A stretch of DNA of 50,345 nucleotides from positions 1 to 50,345 of the forward strand of contig JAHBMJ010000331.1 in the NCBI GenBank assembly GCA_018398765.1. The letters are read 5' to 3'. The position numbers and the translations under genes were made by a program. The notes beneath the pieces were generated by a model. That model had not been told where the DNA came from and ran no database searches. It saw only the letters and a list, made by a program, of their open reading frames with translations. This document shows, piece by piece, positions 36,401 through 48,750 of this stretch. Within the stretch, counting starts at the first letter, position 1; each line of letters opens with the position of its first letter. Source of the DNA: Chromera velia (Eukaryota).

Positions 36401-39400
36401 GGAGGCGGGGGGCAGTGGCGGACTGCCTCTACAGAGACGGGCATTGCTTCTTGGTCAGAGCCCCCTTGGTTCTCTTTTGAGTCGTGTTCTTCTTTCACCT
36501 GAAGACCTGGAGGAGGGGTGCAAAATTCTCGGGAGAGATCTGGTCTTGCTTCGTGTCAGCGAGATTTCTGGAGTGCCCAACGAGACGGAAGTCCTCGAGG
36601 CGGCTGTGGCAGAGGTCTTTGAGGGTGCAGACAGAAGGCTGACAGGGGGGGGAGAGGAGATGCAGAGTATGACGGATCGCCTTGAGAGCCCTCCTTTTGT
36701 CGAGAACTTCTGTGCTCGACTAGTCGCTGCCTACGAAGAACTGGTGGTGGGCCGAGTCGCGCAGGGGCTCCGGCATGCTGCTATCCTTCTCAAGGCAGCC
36801 CACGCTGTGCTCCCATCTTTCCTGCTTGTCCAGGAGGATGAGGCGGGCGCACGTGGGGAGGGAAGGGAGATTTCCCAACGTGTCCCCGGTAGTTTTGGTC
36901 TGTTGGTTGCGACGTGCATCGTTCGTCGGCTGCAGAGCACATTTGAAGGAGAGAGAAGTCTGAAGAGCCTTACAGAGGTCGCGGAGTGGGTAGTTTCGTT
37001 GGAGAATCCGGTTGGGGCCCTTCTTGCACATTTAGGAGGGGAGAAGGGGAGTACCTCCTTTAGAGTGCGTGCTCTGTCGGCAGGTTGGGAGTCTGTGCGA
37101 GTCTGCGCTCTTCTTGCTCTTAGGGCAGCTCCTGAGATGGGCGCATGTCTGTTCAGGAATTTTCCTGAAGAGAGAGGCGGCCTCAGGAGAACGAGACTGG
37201 AAAGGCAAAAACAGTGTGCAAAAATTGAAGAGGCGGTAGCAGCAGGCATGAGAAGACTCATTCATGAACTGCCAACCAAAGTCCAAAATTCAGAAGCAGC
37301 GGCAGCAGCGACTGTGGCGTCACCAGATGACGTTGCCCTCCTGCGTCCGTTTTCTCTCTCCGTCTCTGTAGTGGAGGGAGTTGAAGGGGTTCTGAACGAC
37401 GCAACACACTCAATTGAAGAGTCAGTGTATCAGACAGAGTGACCGTCCTCTTCAGTTCTTCCCATCTTTTGTCTTCGATTCTTTGAATCCCCCGGAGTGG
37501 AACGTCTTCTTACAGACGGTCGTCTCTCTCCTTTTTCTTTCACTTTGCATGACTCGTGTATACCTCGTAGAGTAGAGAGAGGAAGTGAATAAAGCGATTG
37601 ATGCATGGCACCCGCTCCCCTCCCTGCATGAATTGACCCTCTCGTGATGAGGGGATGACAATGTGTTTCGTTCCCTCTCCTCTCCTGCATGGATTATGCA
37701 GAGCCGCTTTCCAAGGAGGACACGACGCGGCACTGCCAGCCGCCTGCGACAGGTGCGGAGCCATGACTCGTGCGTTTGTGAAGTTGCAGCGCTGCAGTCA
37801 CTCTGTATGCCTCGACTGTCTCCAAGGGGAAGAGGCCGAGAGTGCTCCGCGGAATGTGTGTGGAGTGGGGGGGTGCGGAGAGCGTCTGAGCCCCCTCCAG
37901 CGGGAGGAGGTGAAGAGAGGTCTCGAGCGGCGTCAGAAAGTTGTGGCGGCATGGCGTGCGGTTGCTACCGACTTCTTCACGGACTTTCTCTCAACGTCAG
38001 TGAGAGAGAATTCCATCCAGAGTCTGTCAGATGACAAGGAATGAAGGTTTATTTTATTGTCGGCCTAGCTGTCTTGGACAATAAATTTGGCATGCAGGGA
38101 GTGAACTGTCCGTCCCCACAAACAACCGCTATCCCTCCCGTTATTTCTCGTTCATTGCCCGAAGCTCTCCTTCTTTCTGTGCATTTATGTTGAACATCGT
38201 TTCTCTGCAGGTTCATTTTCACCCACGAGGGGCCGTCAGGAGACGACGCGGAAGCGCTCAGGGCTCGCAACGCAACAAGAGAGGAAGTAGAGGCGAGGAG
38301 ACATCAGAGACTGCATGCGCTCCTCCGGCATCTCCTGAGACACGTCGGAAGGCAGGAGGGGGGAGCTGCTCGGGGTGCAGACGTGCATGCTGAGGTCTTC
38401 TGCGCCCTTGAGTCATCCCCTGTTGTGAGGTCAGCATGCAGAGAGAGTTGCTTCCTGGGGGGGTGATCGATCGATCGATGTTTGGTTTTTGTCTGCCGAC
38501 TGCATCTTGTAGCTTTGCAGCCCGTCTTTCTTTCATTAGCAGTATTTGTCTGTAGAGCTGTGGGCTTTTGTTTCCCTCATTTCTTTCTTTCTTCCTTGCT
38601 TCCCCCTTCCCTCCCTCTGCCTCATTTTTTCTTTTGTTTTCTGTTCTTGCTTCCTTTCTATCTTTGTGTCGATCTATTTAGTGCCTGCCTGCCTGTCGTC
38701 TGTTCGATCGGTCGATTCGTCTCGTCACGTCTGTCTTTCACCCTGATGATCTCTCCCTCTGTGCTGTGCTGCATGTGCATGCAGATCCTTCCTTCTGCAA
38801 CTTGTTCTCCGGCATGGACCCCAACAGGATTCTGACCTGATTCCCCTTCTGGGCTTCTGCCTTCAAAGCGCGGAGGCCCACATAGGCTCGGAGGGGGGAG
38901 GAGAGAACTGCAGCAGGGAAAGAGGGGGGCAGTCGCTGCGGCCTCCAGTTGCACTCCGACGTTTGTTTGTGGAATGTCTGGAAGGAAGAATCGAGGAGAG
39001 CGTTCAGCAGTCCTCCATTTTCTCTTCTCATTCTGGTTTTTCTGAGGGGGCTCACCTTGACGAGGTTTCTCTCTTGAAGGTCGCGAAGGTTCGAGAGGCT
39101 CTAGACCGGCTGCAGAGGGGGGAGGCTCAGGGGGGGGGCGGGGGGTCAAGTGCAGAGAGGGAAGCGTCGGGGCTTCTGAACACTGCATTGGTTCGTTTCT
39201 GCCTCGGGGTCACTGCAGAACTTCTCTGTGATCGGTTTCCTGAAGGCCCGCATTCTGCTGACGGTGGTGCGGGTGTGTTGTCTGAAGCAGAGAAGAAGCT
39301 CTTGGAAGGGGTGCGGGCTGTGGTTTCTGGGAGACGTCTTCTCTTGGGTGTTTCCCCCGGTTGGGCTCTTGTGTTTCTGATGCGTCTTCTGTGCAGACAG

Positions 39401-42400
39401 AAGAGTGTTGTATGGTGGAGGCAACTGAGTGCGCATCCCTCGCTGAAGTGGATTGCCCCTCAGTGGGCAGATGCACAGAGCGGGCAGGGTGGGGGAGATG
39501 AAGCGGACCTGTTTCTGCTCGAAGGAGAGCCCCAAGATCCAAAAGCTGAGCGGACAAAGACGATCGGGCAGAAGTACGGGACGATTCGGGATGCCCTCTC
39601 AGAAGCTCTCATGAGAGGACAAGCATCTGTGCTCACTGATGCACTCACTGCCTCTGACGGTTTACAGGGCACGGAAGGAAACGCTGCCGCAGGCCTACTA
39701 AGAGCCCCTGCGTCGACACAGCTGCATGAGCAGGAGAAGAGGTTCACGCTCGGTCTTGCAGCTTGTTGGAATGCCGTGAGGACCCTTCGAAGCCTTCAGG
39801 AAGGGGCAGCAGACGGGCAGGAGAGACGTCCTCATGCTCAGGGAGAGGGGAGGGGGAGGCGTGAGGTCTGGCAGTCAGTCGAGGCACTGCTCTCGGGAGG
39901 AATGGAGGGAAGTCAGGGTGGTGTGGGGGGGATGCATTTGGCATCTGCTGCAGGCAGTGGGAACATGGACGACGTAGAAAAAGGGGGGGCGGGTGCTTTT
40001 GATGCCCAAGTTCCGTCTTCCTCTTCCTCTAGAAGACAGCGCCGTCGTGAGTCGGCGTTTCACGGAAGGGACGGGGAGAGCGAAGAGACTTTTACACCGG
40101 TACTTCCGGGCCGACTCTCGCCCCTATCCCACTTGATAGAATTCTCAGAGAGGCAGAACACAGTCAGAGTGCACGAGCGGAGACAGGCCATGGGCCCGGT
40201 CCTCCACCTGGGCTGTCTCCTGGCGACTCTGCCTGATGATCGTGAGGGGACGAGGGGGAGTGGAGGGGGGGGTAGAGGGCGGTCACAGGTTTTGTTGCAC
40301 CTCGCTTCCACCCTGAGAAGATTGTTCGAGAATCCAGGGACTGCGCGGCAGCTCTTTCTTCCGGGAATGGAGGCAGACGTCTCGGGGGTGGCGTTGGACA
40401 GAGGGGTTGTGAGCGGCTCCACGCAGTCAGTCAGTCAGTCAGTCAGTCAGTCAGCGCTCAGTCTAGCTTCCTAATCGGCCTCCCATGAGCACTTTTCATA
40501 TCCCCTTTTATCCGATACAGTTTGCAAACGAAATCTCTTTGCTGAGAATGCACGCGTTTTTGCATGCAGCGTCTTGTGCTGAGGCTCTTGCCTGATGCTC
40601 CCTGCCTCCTCATACACCGAATGGACCTGACGCTCCCTGCTTGCATGCATGCATGAATGCAGAGTGTGTGCGTGTCCGAACACTAAATGCGGTGAACCGT
40701 ACCACGTCGGCGACTGTGGACAACTAAACGGCACCGGAAAATGCTCGGTCGGTCGGTAGGTAGGTCATCAGAGAGCAAAAAATGTCAATCGGGCCTACTG
40801 CCGGGAAGAAGTACCGTGGGTCGTGAGAAACAGATGCGATGCTGATCTTCTCTTCAAAAGTTGGGCTTCATACTCCCTATAAAGTGTTGCATGGCAAAAG
40901 GAAGGAAGGAAGGAAATAATTCTGAATGTGGCTGCTTGATGATCTGCTCCCCCCTGTCTGCCTGCAGCATTGCGGAGGGCCGATAGGAAGGGGCACTCGT
41001 TCTCAGGTCTACCAGCGTGCGGCCAGACACGACTCGAAAGGGCATACCTGCGGGGGGGGCGTGGCAGCACAAGGGGAAGTGGCCAGTGGGAGTGCCCAGA
41101 GAGCTCTGCCGGCGTCCGTCTGCCTCCGGAGGCTTGTCACTCACTGTGTCCTGGCTGCTGCGGCGGCACGGCACTGGCAGGGCGCGGCGTCTGCAGTGAA
41201 CCCCCTTCCCGGCACTACCCCTCTGAGGGCTCCCCTTCAGTCTGAGGGCGAGACTGTTGGGTTCTTTTTGGATCACGTGAACGCAGATGCTCAGAGAATC
41301 GCAACGAGTCTCCGTCTGCCTCCTGACGGGGCCTTCGTGCTCCTGCATTCCGTCATAGGGGAGTGGGCATCGTGTGTGCTTGGAGGGAGACTCGGCTGTC
41401 GATCAGATTCTGGTCTGAGGGAGGGGGACGCGAATTTGAACGGCAACCGGGTGGGTCTGGAGACAGAGACCGGAAGGGAAGCTTGGGATCGCGTGTTCAT
41501 GGACGCGATAGGAGGAAGGGCCTTGGGGGGTGCACAGGGGAGGGTGGAGGGATCCCGGAAAGTCCTTCTGGCCGACGGCCGTTTGACTGGAAACGTGATT
41601 TTGAGGGTTGTCTTGGAACAATCCGATCCTCCCTTCTCGTCCTCTTCCTCTGGAGCGTCCTCTAGTTCTCGGGGGAGACAGTACGAGGCAGAGGAAGGAG
41701 ACGGTACGCTGTGGAGGTATCGGCAGGCTACGGGCGTGGAGACGGCAGCAGCTGAGGTGGAGACGGCAGCAGACCGGTGGAAGTCTTCTCAGGAACAGTC
41801 ACGAGGGGGGGGCGCAAGAGGGAGGGGGAGAAACGGAAGCAGCCACCGAGTGATTCACTTGGACGGCGACCCTTCCCAAAGTGCGGCTGAAGGTGGAAGA
41901 CGAAACGGATTTCATCTGGCGCCCCTTCAACTGGCTTTTGCGAATATGCATTCTTTCCGCCTACGTCAGTCAGTTCACTTCTTGGAGCTTAGGAAGGGGG
42001 AAAGATGCTTCTTTGTCCCGTTGCATCTTCTTTCATTTCATTTGTTTACTGACTTATACAGTCTGGCTTTGGTTTGACCAGGCAGGGGAAGGAATGCGAG
42101 AGGGATCACGATACTTGGTCGATCGATCGATCGATCGATAGAATTGTCTCCGTCGCAGAAACAAGATATGCCGAAATTCCATCATGAATGGAAGTGTTCC
42201 TTCCTTCCCTCCTTCCTTCCTTGATGCTCCGTCTGTTCATTTGCTGCCGGTGGGTTTGCAGTGGGTTTGATGCCCTCCGTCCTACGGCTCGTCCGCTTCG
42301 TTAACGCGGCAGCTGAGAGGTCCGGTGCGAGACGTGATGAAAGTATGGTTGAGTGGATGGACATCGATTCAGAAGGCTCAGTTGAAAGAGAGCACAGAAG

Positions 42401-43508
42401 AAGTGCTGCAGCAGCAGCAGCATCAGTGAGGCTCTCTGTGAGGGAAGCGGCGTCGACCCGTCTCAGTGCACTTCTGGGGGATGCAGGGGCGCCGTTCAGC
42501 TCAGCTGAGAGTGCCTTGGAGGCGCATCGGTTGGTGAGGGATGTTGGGGCAGCTTTGTCTCTGGCGTGTTGGGGGTCCCCTCTTCGGCCCGGCGGGTTGA
42601 GGTCTCACCGGCTTTTCAGTTCCGGGGCCCTCCTGAAGGAGGGGGCGGTGGATGTTGCACTGGCGGCGCTGAGGGGGCACGGAGAGAGAGACGGGGCAGG
42701 TGATCTAGATCCGTTTGTGGGTTTCCTGATGCCTCGACGCAAGGGGCAGGGAGCAGTAGTCCTCTGGCTGCTTGACTACATGGCTGCTGTGCACAACAGG
42801 TGCGTCGGATGGACTCTCAGGATGAAGATGAGGGATCGAGAGAGCAGAAAGCAGAGAGAGACCTTTGTGACAAAAAAGGGCACAGTACATGCATGGATGT
42901 TTGACAGTAGTTATCAGTCGTTCAAATGTCAGGCCTGTAAGTGTCGAATGGACTGCATGTGATTTTGCTCTTTCATGAGTCTTCACATGATTGGCTCTCC
43001 GTATTTGGGGGTTGCCTTTTTCCCTTCTTTCTTGCTGCCAGTGGTGGGGCTTCTGCATTTTTTTGTCGTGTTGAGGATTCACTCAAACCTGAGGCTGAGA
43101 TGCGTGAACTTGCACTGCTCTCTCTCATGTGTGACTGTATGTCCATTCTGAATCAATCCACTCTGCTGATCTCTCTTCCCTGTTCATCTCTGCAGCTTTG
43201 TCGACGCCTACTCTGCCGTGGCAGCTCCTGCTGGGCTTTCGTCTGTGCCGGGTGCGGCAGGTCGAGGCCAAGGGAGGGCATCGGGGTCCTCTGCAGGGGG
43301 GCAGTGGGAGAGGGGGAGCTGTCTGGGTGTGCTGTCTTCAGGAAAGGGGCCCGGGGGCGGGCGACAGGAGGGTCATGGCGAGGGGCACTGCCTAGCACTA
43401 CTGGTTGCAAAATGCAGGGAGCACTCCGTGAAGGTGGGCGGGCATGTTGGCGTTCTTGCTTTCTCTTGTAGTCCCTGTCTGGCTCTATGGGTGTGTATCT
43501 CACCATGA

Positions 43509-43557
<49 letters not shown>

Positions 43558-45652
43558 TCTGTATGTATGTGTGTGTGTGTGTGTGTGTGGTGATCGGGAT
43601 GAGGGCTTTGATGATAGAGTGTCATTGGTGGCGCTATTGTCGCAACTTCTTTTTCCTGCAGAGTTTGTCGTTTTTCCCCTTCCTGTCCCCTTTTGAATCA
43701 CTTGCTCCTCAATTCGTGCCTTTCTGTACACGTGCGGTGCAGGTGGCCTCTGGAAGCGGTGGCACTGCATCGTCATCGTCTACCTCGGGTGGACGTCTTT
43801 CCGGGGTCTCCCTCTTTTCTGAGTCTGCCTTTGACCTCCTCTCTCTCCAGAGAGCAGTGCACGAGGGTCCTCTGAAAAACGGGAAGACGCCATCTCTCGA
43901 CAGGCGGGCTCTCGTGGAAGCATCAAGAGGGATCGCGTGTTCCTCCTCTTCCCTCTCAACACCGGTTGTGTCATCTTCATCGGCAGGTCTCCCTCCTTCA
44001 GTGTCCCTCTTCTATGAGTTCAAGGAGGACGCCCACGGACCTGCAGCTGCCACCGCGATCGAGGGGGCTCTTGAGAAGGCGGCGCGCGCTGTGCCTCAAA
44101 GAGCCCTGCCCTGGTGCCTTGTGTCCGCACTTCGTCGTGTCTGCGGGCTAAAGCGCGGAGTCCCCGCACAGGAACTTCTCCAGACTCTGCAGGTGCGTTC
44201 GATGGGCCGGCCCCCTCTTTTCCTTCCTTTAATTCCTCTGTTGCGTGCCTGCCTGTCAGGCTGCCGGACTCTCTTGCTACCTCAAAGGAATATTCGATGA
44301 GAGCATTTGTGCAGAGATCTTCAAATGAAGACAGTCATATGCACGTCGTTCTGATTCGGCATACTTTTTTTTTTTCTCTGTAATGGAGAGTGAGGAAGTC
44401 AGACATGATGCAGTCATAACGTTGGTAGGTGGTGCTGCGTGTCTTCCTTCCGAGCGCAGGCCAGACAGATAGTTCTTTCGTCCGATCGCTCCAGCCAAAT
44501 TGCAAGAATCACAAAGAGACCCGATCTCATCTCCTTGCCTCATTCCCTCCCTCACTCTCTCCTTGTTTCTTTCTTTCTATTAATCGTTCTCAATTGGCGT
44601 GCGTGCAGACGACCCTCCGACTCCTCCCGGCCCTCGGGGGTGACCCTAAGGAATCTCTCGTGTGTGCCCTTAGAAGACTCCAACTGCTCCGGCAGCCTCC
44701 CAGGGCTGCGAACACAGAGAGTGGTCAAGTTCGGTCGGGGATGAGGAGCAGCAGCAGTCAGACGGCGAGGCAGGACGACAAGAGGGAGAGCGGGAGACGG
44801 CAATTGGGGAGGGGACAGGTTGAGTCTGAAGGGGGTGCATCATCATGTGAATCTGCTTTGGAGGCTCTGGAATCTGCTCTGTCCCGTTCTCTTGTCGGAA
44901 GGCACAAAGACGGACCGCCAACGGCACCCGTCTCTCTCTGCCTCGGTCATGCAGGAGCACTAGCAAGTCTTTTGGATTTCGTCCTCTTCTGTGGAGCCTC
45001 CGACGGCGGTGTGGTAAGAGGGGCCACTGCGGCTGCGGCCGCTGGTTCCGACACGGTGAGCGGAGGTCGACAGTCGTCCCTTCGAGTGAGCGTGGATGTG
45101 CTGCCCGAAACCCTGGGAGAGCCACTGAAGGGTGGGGCCGAAGGGCGCCTTCGTGAAAGACTGATGAGAGAAAGCGAGGCGGTCCGTCTGACGGTCGCCT
45201 TCTCCCTCCATGAAGTAATCAGAAGAAGACTTTGGACGGCGGCGGAAGAGACAGAGTCGGTCCCTGCTGTGGTTGCGGGGAGGGTTCAGCAGGTTGATGG
45301 AGGAGAAGTTCAAGTAGAAGCGGAAGGGGAGGCAGAGCGAGATCCCTCGCTTGCTGGCGAGGTTAGTGCGTGGCTTGACGTGCGGGGGGGGCAAGAGGGT
45401 TTGTTTTTGTCTCCGGTCGTTGAGGAGGTGCGAGCTCGGCCTGGGGAGATGGAAGTTCAGAGGGTGCTTGCAGCTGGAGCAGTCGCCGGAATCTCTGGCC
45501 CTGACCCGTTGGTATCGGTACCAGGGTTGGGGGATGAGACTCTGTCGTCGGACTCCCGTGTAATCAAATTCTGGGAGTCCCTGCAGGATGACAGGGAGAT
45601 TCTTGTCAAGCATGCTGCGGGTGCTCTGAATGTTATCGTTTCACTGCTTTAG
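17235..45652 (+). CDS. RNF213: RNF213/mysterin-like giant AAA+ ATPase / E3 ubiquitin ligase; about 30 exons, roughly 6,000 aa (hand estimate)
   Basis: RNF213 signature motifs occur in order across phase-compatible GT-AG junctions: AGMGKSL, CDPTWRDLSNF, WESSPHPYLF, ELTEDNAQKM, GETGCGKT, IHGGT, FFDE|VN, AACNPYR, LRH|LVYRV, VWDFGSL, FVSLRNVER, E|NLFMMVVC, GRPGSSKSLA, SYQCSPLSTAEGI, LDEVALAE, ISNWAVDPAKTNR, YGLRDF, RNFGG, YLLVITEN, FGSSFPGD, METGKTLVLLNLETLYESLYDALNQY, YVDLGLGSQRVKCRVH, PIPLLGRLEKH, a RING, FLPGMEAD, an RZ finger, LMPRRKGQG and GGDP. ATG at 17235, stop TAG at 45650-45652. Some internal exon edges are approximate. Confidence 0.93.
17560..17885 (+). other. CBM20-like (starch-binding-fold) N-terminal domain of the RNF213-like protein
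   Basis: EEAYVFFGPPVGDWE...WRISSP...VPYKYV...YESLGTAISNRVL fits the CBM20 pattern (G-x-W, YKYV, NR). RNF213 carries a CBM20-like domain in its N-terminal region. Confidence 0.65.
26990..33920 (+). other. Dynein-like multi-AAA+ ATPase core of the RNF213-like protein
   Basis: Walker A motifs AGMGKS (~27022), GETGCGKT (~29047) and GRPGSSKS (~31661). Walker B motifs VFFDE (~29633) and AVLDE (~31879). Sensor/Arg-finger motifs CNPYR and DPAKTNR. Confidence 0.9.
37745..37876 (+). other. RING finger (C3HC4-type) of the RNF213-like protein
   Basis: CDRC-x12-CSH-x2-CLDC-x13-CGVGGC. Confidence 0.85.
40663..41000 (+). other. RZ finger (RNF213/ZNFX1-type), split over an 85-nt exon (40663-40747) and the next exon (from 40968)
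   Basis: The spliced sequence VCACPNTKCGEPYHVGDCGQLNGTGKCS|HCGGPIG aligns with the RNF213 RZ consensus CPNGH-x3-VGECG-x7-C-x2-C-x2-PIG. It is preceded by FLPGMEAD (RNF213 FLPTMPED). Confidence 0.85.
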
Positions 45653-45873
45653 AGAAGCCGGAACAATTATAAAAGCAAAATGATAGTCATGTGATTCGGG
45701 GGTCCACTTTGGAAATAGTGGATTGGGAGCAGGCGTGCAAATAGTAGCAGATGTACTACCTAAACAGTAACCTGGTGTGACAGTGGTGTCTCTTGTACAA
45801 GTAGGGTAAGTTGAGGGTCAGAGTCCTCTGAATGACTTCTTTCTGATTGTTTTTGAAGTATTTTCTCAAAAAC

Positions 45874-45900
45874 ATGCATGCATGCATGCATGCATGCATG
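45874..45900. repeat. (CATG)n tandem array of the TGCATGCA motif downstream of the RNF213-like gene
   Basis: catgcatgcatgcatgcatgcatgcatg. Confidence 0.85.
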
Positions 45901-47741
45901 GGGCAGGATAATCCATTTTGACCGGATATATGACCAAAATTCACCAAATCTAGGACCAAATTATTTGGCAATATATTTTCATATGAGTAATCTTTATAGT
46001 CATGCATGCAGTCAATTTTCGGCTAAATATAATAAATTATTCAATTTTATTACAATAAAGCTGGCTCAAATAGTAATGCTTTGACCGTCATTCCTAACAA
46101 CCTTTGAATATAAAAATAAAAAAATAATATTAAATAACAGGTTTGAATCGTGTCCAAAATCGTGTATGCCTAGGTGCATGCGCTATTTGCCATTAATCCG
46201 ATTATTAAGCGAGGATCGAGCAGAGTCTGGCAGAAGGCACCGTTACTGAGTCAAATAGAGACAGTGGAAGACGCACTGCGGCACCTAGAGGCTAGAGACG
46301 CTCACATGCATAAAAACCTGCCAGTCTCATGAAGAGACAAGCGAGGATCGTTACCATAATTAAGGTTCCGGATTGCTTCATGGTCCACTGCCAGGCCTCG
46401 ACTTGCACTTTAGCTTACACCGTTAAACAAACATACACTGTGCTGTTAGGAGTAACTACCAGCCCTTCTTAGAAAGCTTTTGGTTACCATCAAATTAGTA
46501 ACCAAAACTTAGTAACTAGGGGGGTTTGAGGGGATTACCACTACCGCGGTAATCTGGTTGTATCTGCCTACAAATATATTTTTTTTGTTGTTGTTGCATC
46601 GAGATCTAATATAGGAGAAACGCATCTTTGAAAACTGTATACGAATATAGTACGACATAAAAAAGGCCGCCTCGGTAACCAAACTAAGTACTCTTAATAG
46701 TACAGGATTGTAGTTCAGCACAGTGTAGTTTGAGTTGACTCTCCTGAGCCTAGTCTTCATCCATCTTTTAATCCTACACTCGACCTACAGACTAGTGTTA
46801 AATTCAAAGCCAATCTTTTTTCATGGTTCCGAACAAGCCTCAGGCTTTTTTTAGCTGTTGGAGGATATTTGTTATATCTTTGCACATCTATTTAATTTCT
46901 CTTTTAGGGAATGGTTGCCGAGCTTGACTTTTATGAAACGTAAAAAGTTTTAAATTTTGAAAGCTTGGCCACTAGTTTTAGCAAACAACGATAACATATG
47001 ATGATGATGCCTGAATCGTAGCACAAAATAATACTGGATCAAATGAAGGAAGTAAGAAGAATTGGTGGACAAGGAAGGAGAAAGGTGAAAGAAAAGAATC
47101 CAAAAGATTAAAAAGGCGTATATAGAAAGCAGAGATGTCCTGGCATCGTTTGTAATTGGATCGATCTTTGGATTCAGCTCGAGCAATCATTTTCTAACCC
47201 AAAGCATTCAAAGTGAACAAAGAATGTTGGTCGTTGTCAATGACTCGTTTACGGTCTGGGGGAAGCCTCAGGTAGGCCGCAGGGTGCGATCTGAAGCCTC
47301 AGAAATGGGACGCACCTTTACCGATCGCAGAGGCGACTTCTGGTAGAACGGCGATAGTGCTCTACCGAGGGCAGTGGGCACCAACTAAACCAGGGCGGAA
47401 CATATCAATCAATCAATCAATCACTATCACTATTGAACGCTAGACACTTCGTATAGCTAATTATTATCATTATTATGGTCTATAAACTAGCTAGCAGAAT
47501 GATGACTACTTATAGTTAGCAATGATGTATGATATAATGATAATGATAGACCGTTATACACAATAACTATAGCAAAACAATTAAAGTTATTAAACGTATA
47601 TATATTATAATAATAATATAATAATATAAAATTAACTATTTTTTAAATCATTCAATTCCTTAAATTTTTAAATGCTGCGCAAAAGACTCTCTGAAAGTTA
47701 TACAAGACTTTGTTGACTTACGTTGAATTGATACAATAAAT

Positions 47742-48387
47742 TCAAACCAGGAAACGCTCATCTACCTGGCATTTGTAAGCCTGCACCAGAGAGAAAAGTA
47801 CACAGATGTTGACAAAAAACAAATTACAAAATTCTTCGGTCTTTTCAATGAGAAAGAATTTCATGGTCCTCGCAGCTGAAAAGACAGATAGAAAAAGACA
47901 GTTACTCCTTTTCTTCAAGATTCTGAACAGACACTTGAAAGAAAAAAAAAACCTGAGCCCACGACTCAGACACAGGCAGAAGAATAAAGAGACAAACATG
48001 CACCCAGTGAAGATTCGTCGCATCTTCCTCAAAAATTCTCGTTGGTAACAATGTGGCACCACCAGCAGGAAGAATTCTATCCTGTAGAGAAGCAATCATG
48101 TTTTCGAGCCTGTCTCTCTGTCCTTGGTTTGCACTCAGGTACAGCGAACAGACAGCTGCCTGACGGACGGACTCACAGACTGACTGACTGACCACATTCT
48201 TCCTCCCCAGGATACTCCTCGCGATGCGGAAGAAGACGGCGTAGAGATACGCCACCGCTCCGCCCACCACTGGACGCTCATCGTATCTGCACATAAAAAA
48301 GCATCGTGGGAGGGAGGGACGGAGATAGACTATATGACACCGACACACAGACAGACAGACAGACAGACAGACAGACTATATATTTCT

Positions 48388-48418
<31 letters not shown>

Positions 48419-48718
48419 TATATGTTTCTTCTTCTCCCTCCTTTTCAGACAGACAGACTACATGTTTCTTCTTCTCCCTTCTTTTCTTCAGACAGACAGA
48501 CAGACAGACAGAAACTCAATGGACGGACAAGGCACCAAGGTAGCCAGGCAGGCAGGTAGGCGGAGACCCTCGAAAGGAATGGCGTATCTTCCTTCCTTCC
48601 GTTCTGTGTCTTCCTGTCTGACCACGATAGTCTGGGAACAGACAAAAAGAAAGAAAGAAGGAAATAAATAAATAAATAAATAAATAAAGAAAGAAAGAAA
48701 GAAAGAAATAAATAAATA

Positions 48719-48750
<32 letters not shown>

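Noticed and set aside
17172..45652. Treating the large + strand ORFs as separate genes, or the antisense ORFs as genes
   Set aside because: The + ORFs are exons joined by phase-compatible splice sites that rebuild continuous RNF213 motifs. The antisense ORFs are shadows of GC-rich coding DNA.
46480..47000. Possible decayed transposase in AT-rich intergenic DNA
   Set aside because: It is stop-riddled in the frames I read and has no recognisable catalytic motif or termini.
47980..48085. Extra TMEM67 exon (DRILPAGG...) behind a CAG acceptor
   Set aside because: Direct splicing from 48193 to 47780 gives the conserved GRKNV|AYKCQVDERFLV ending, and including this segment would break it.
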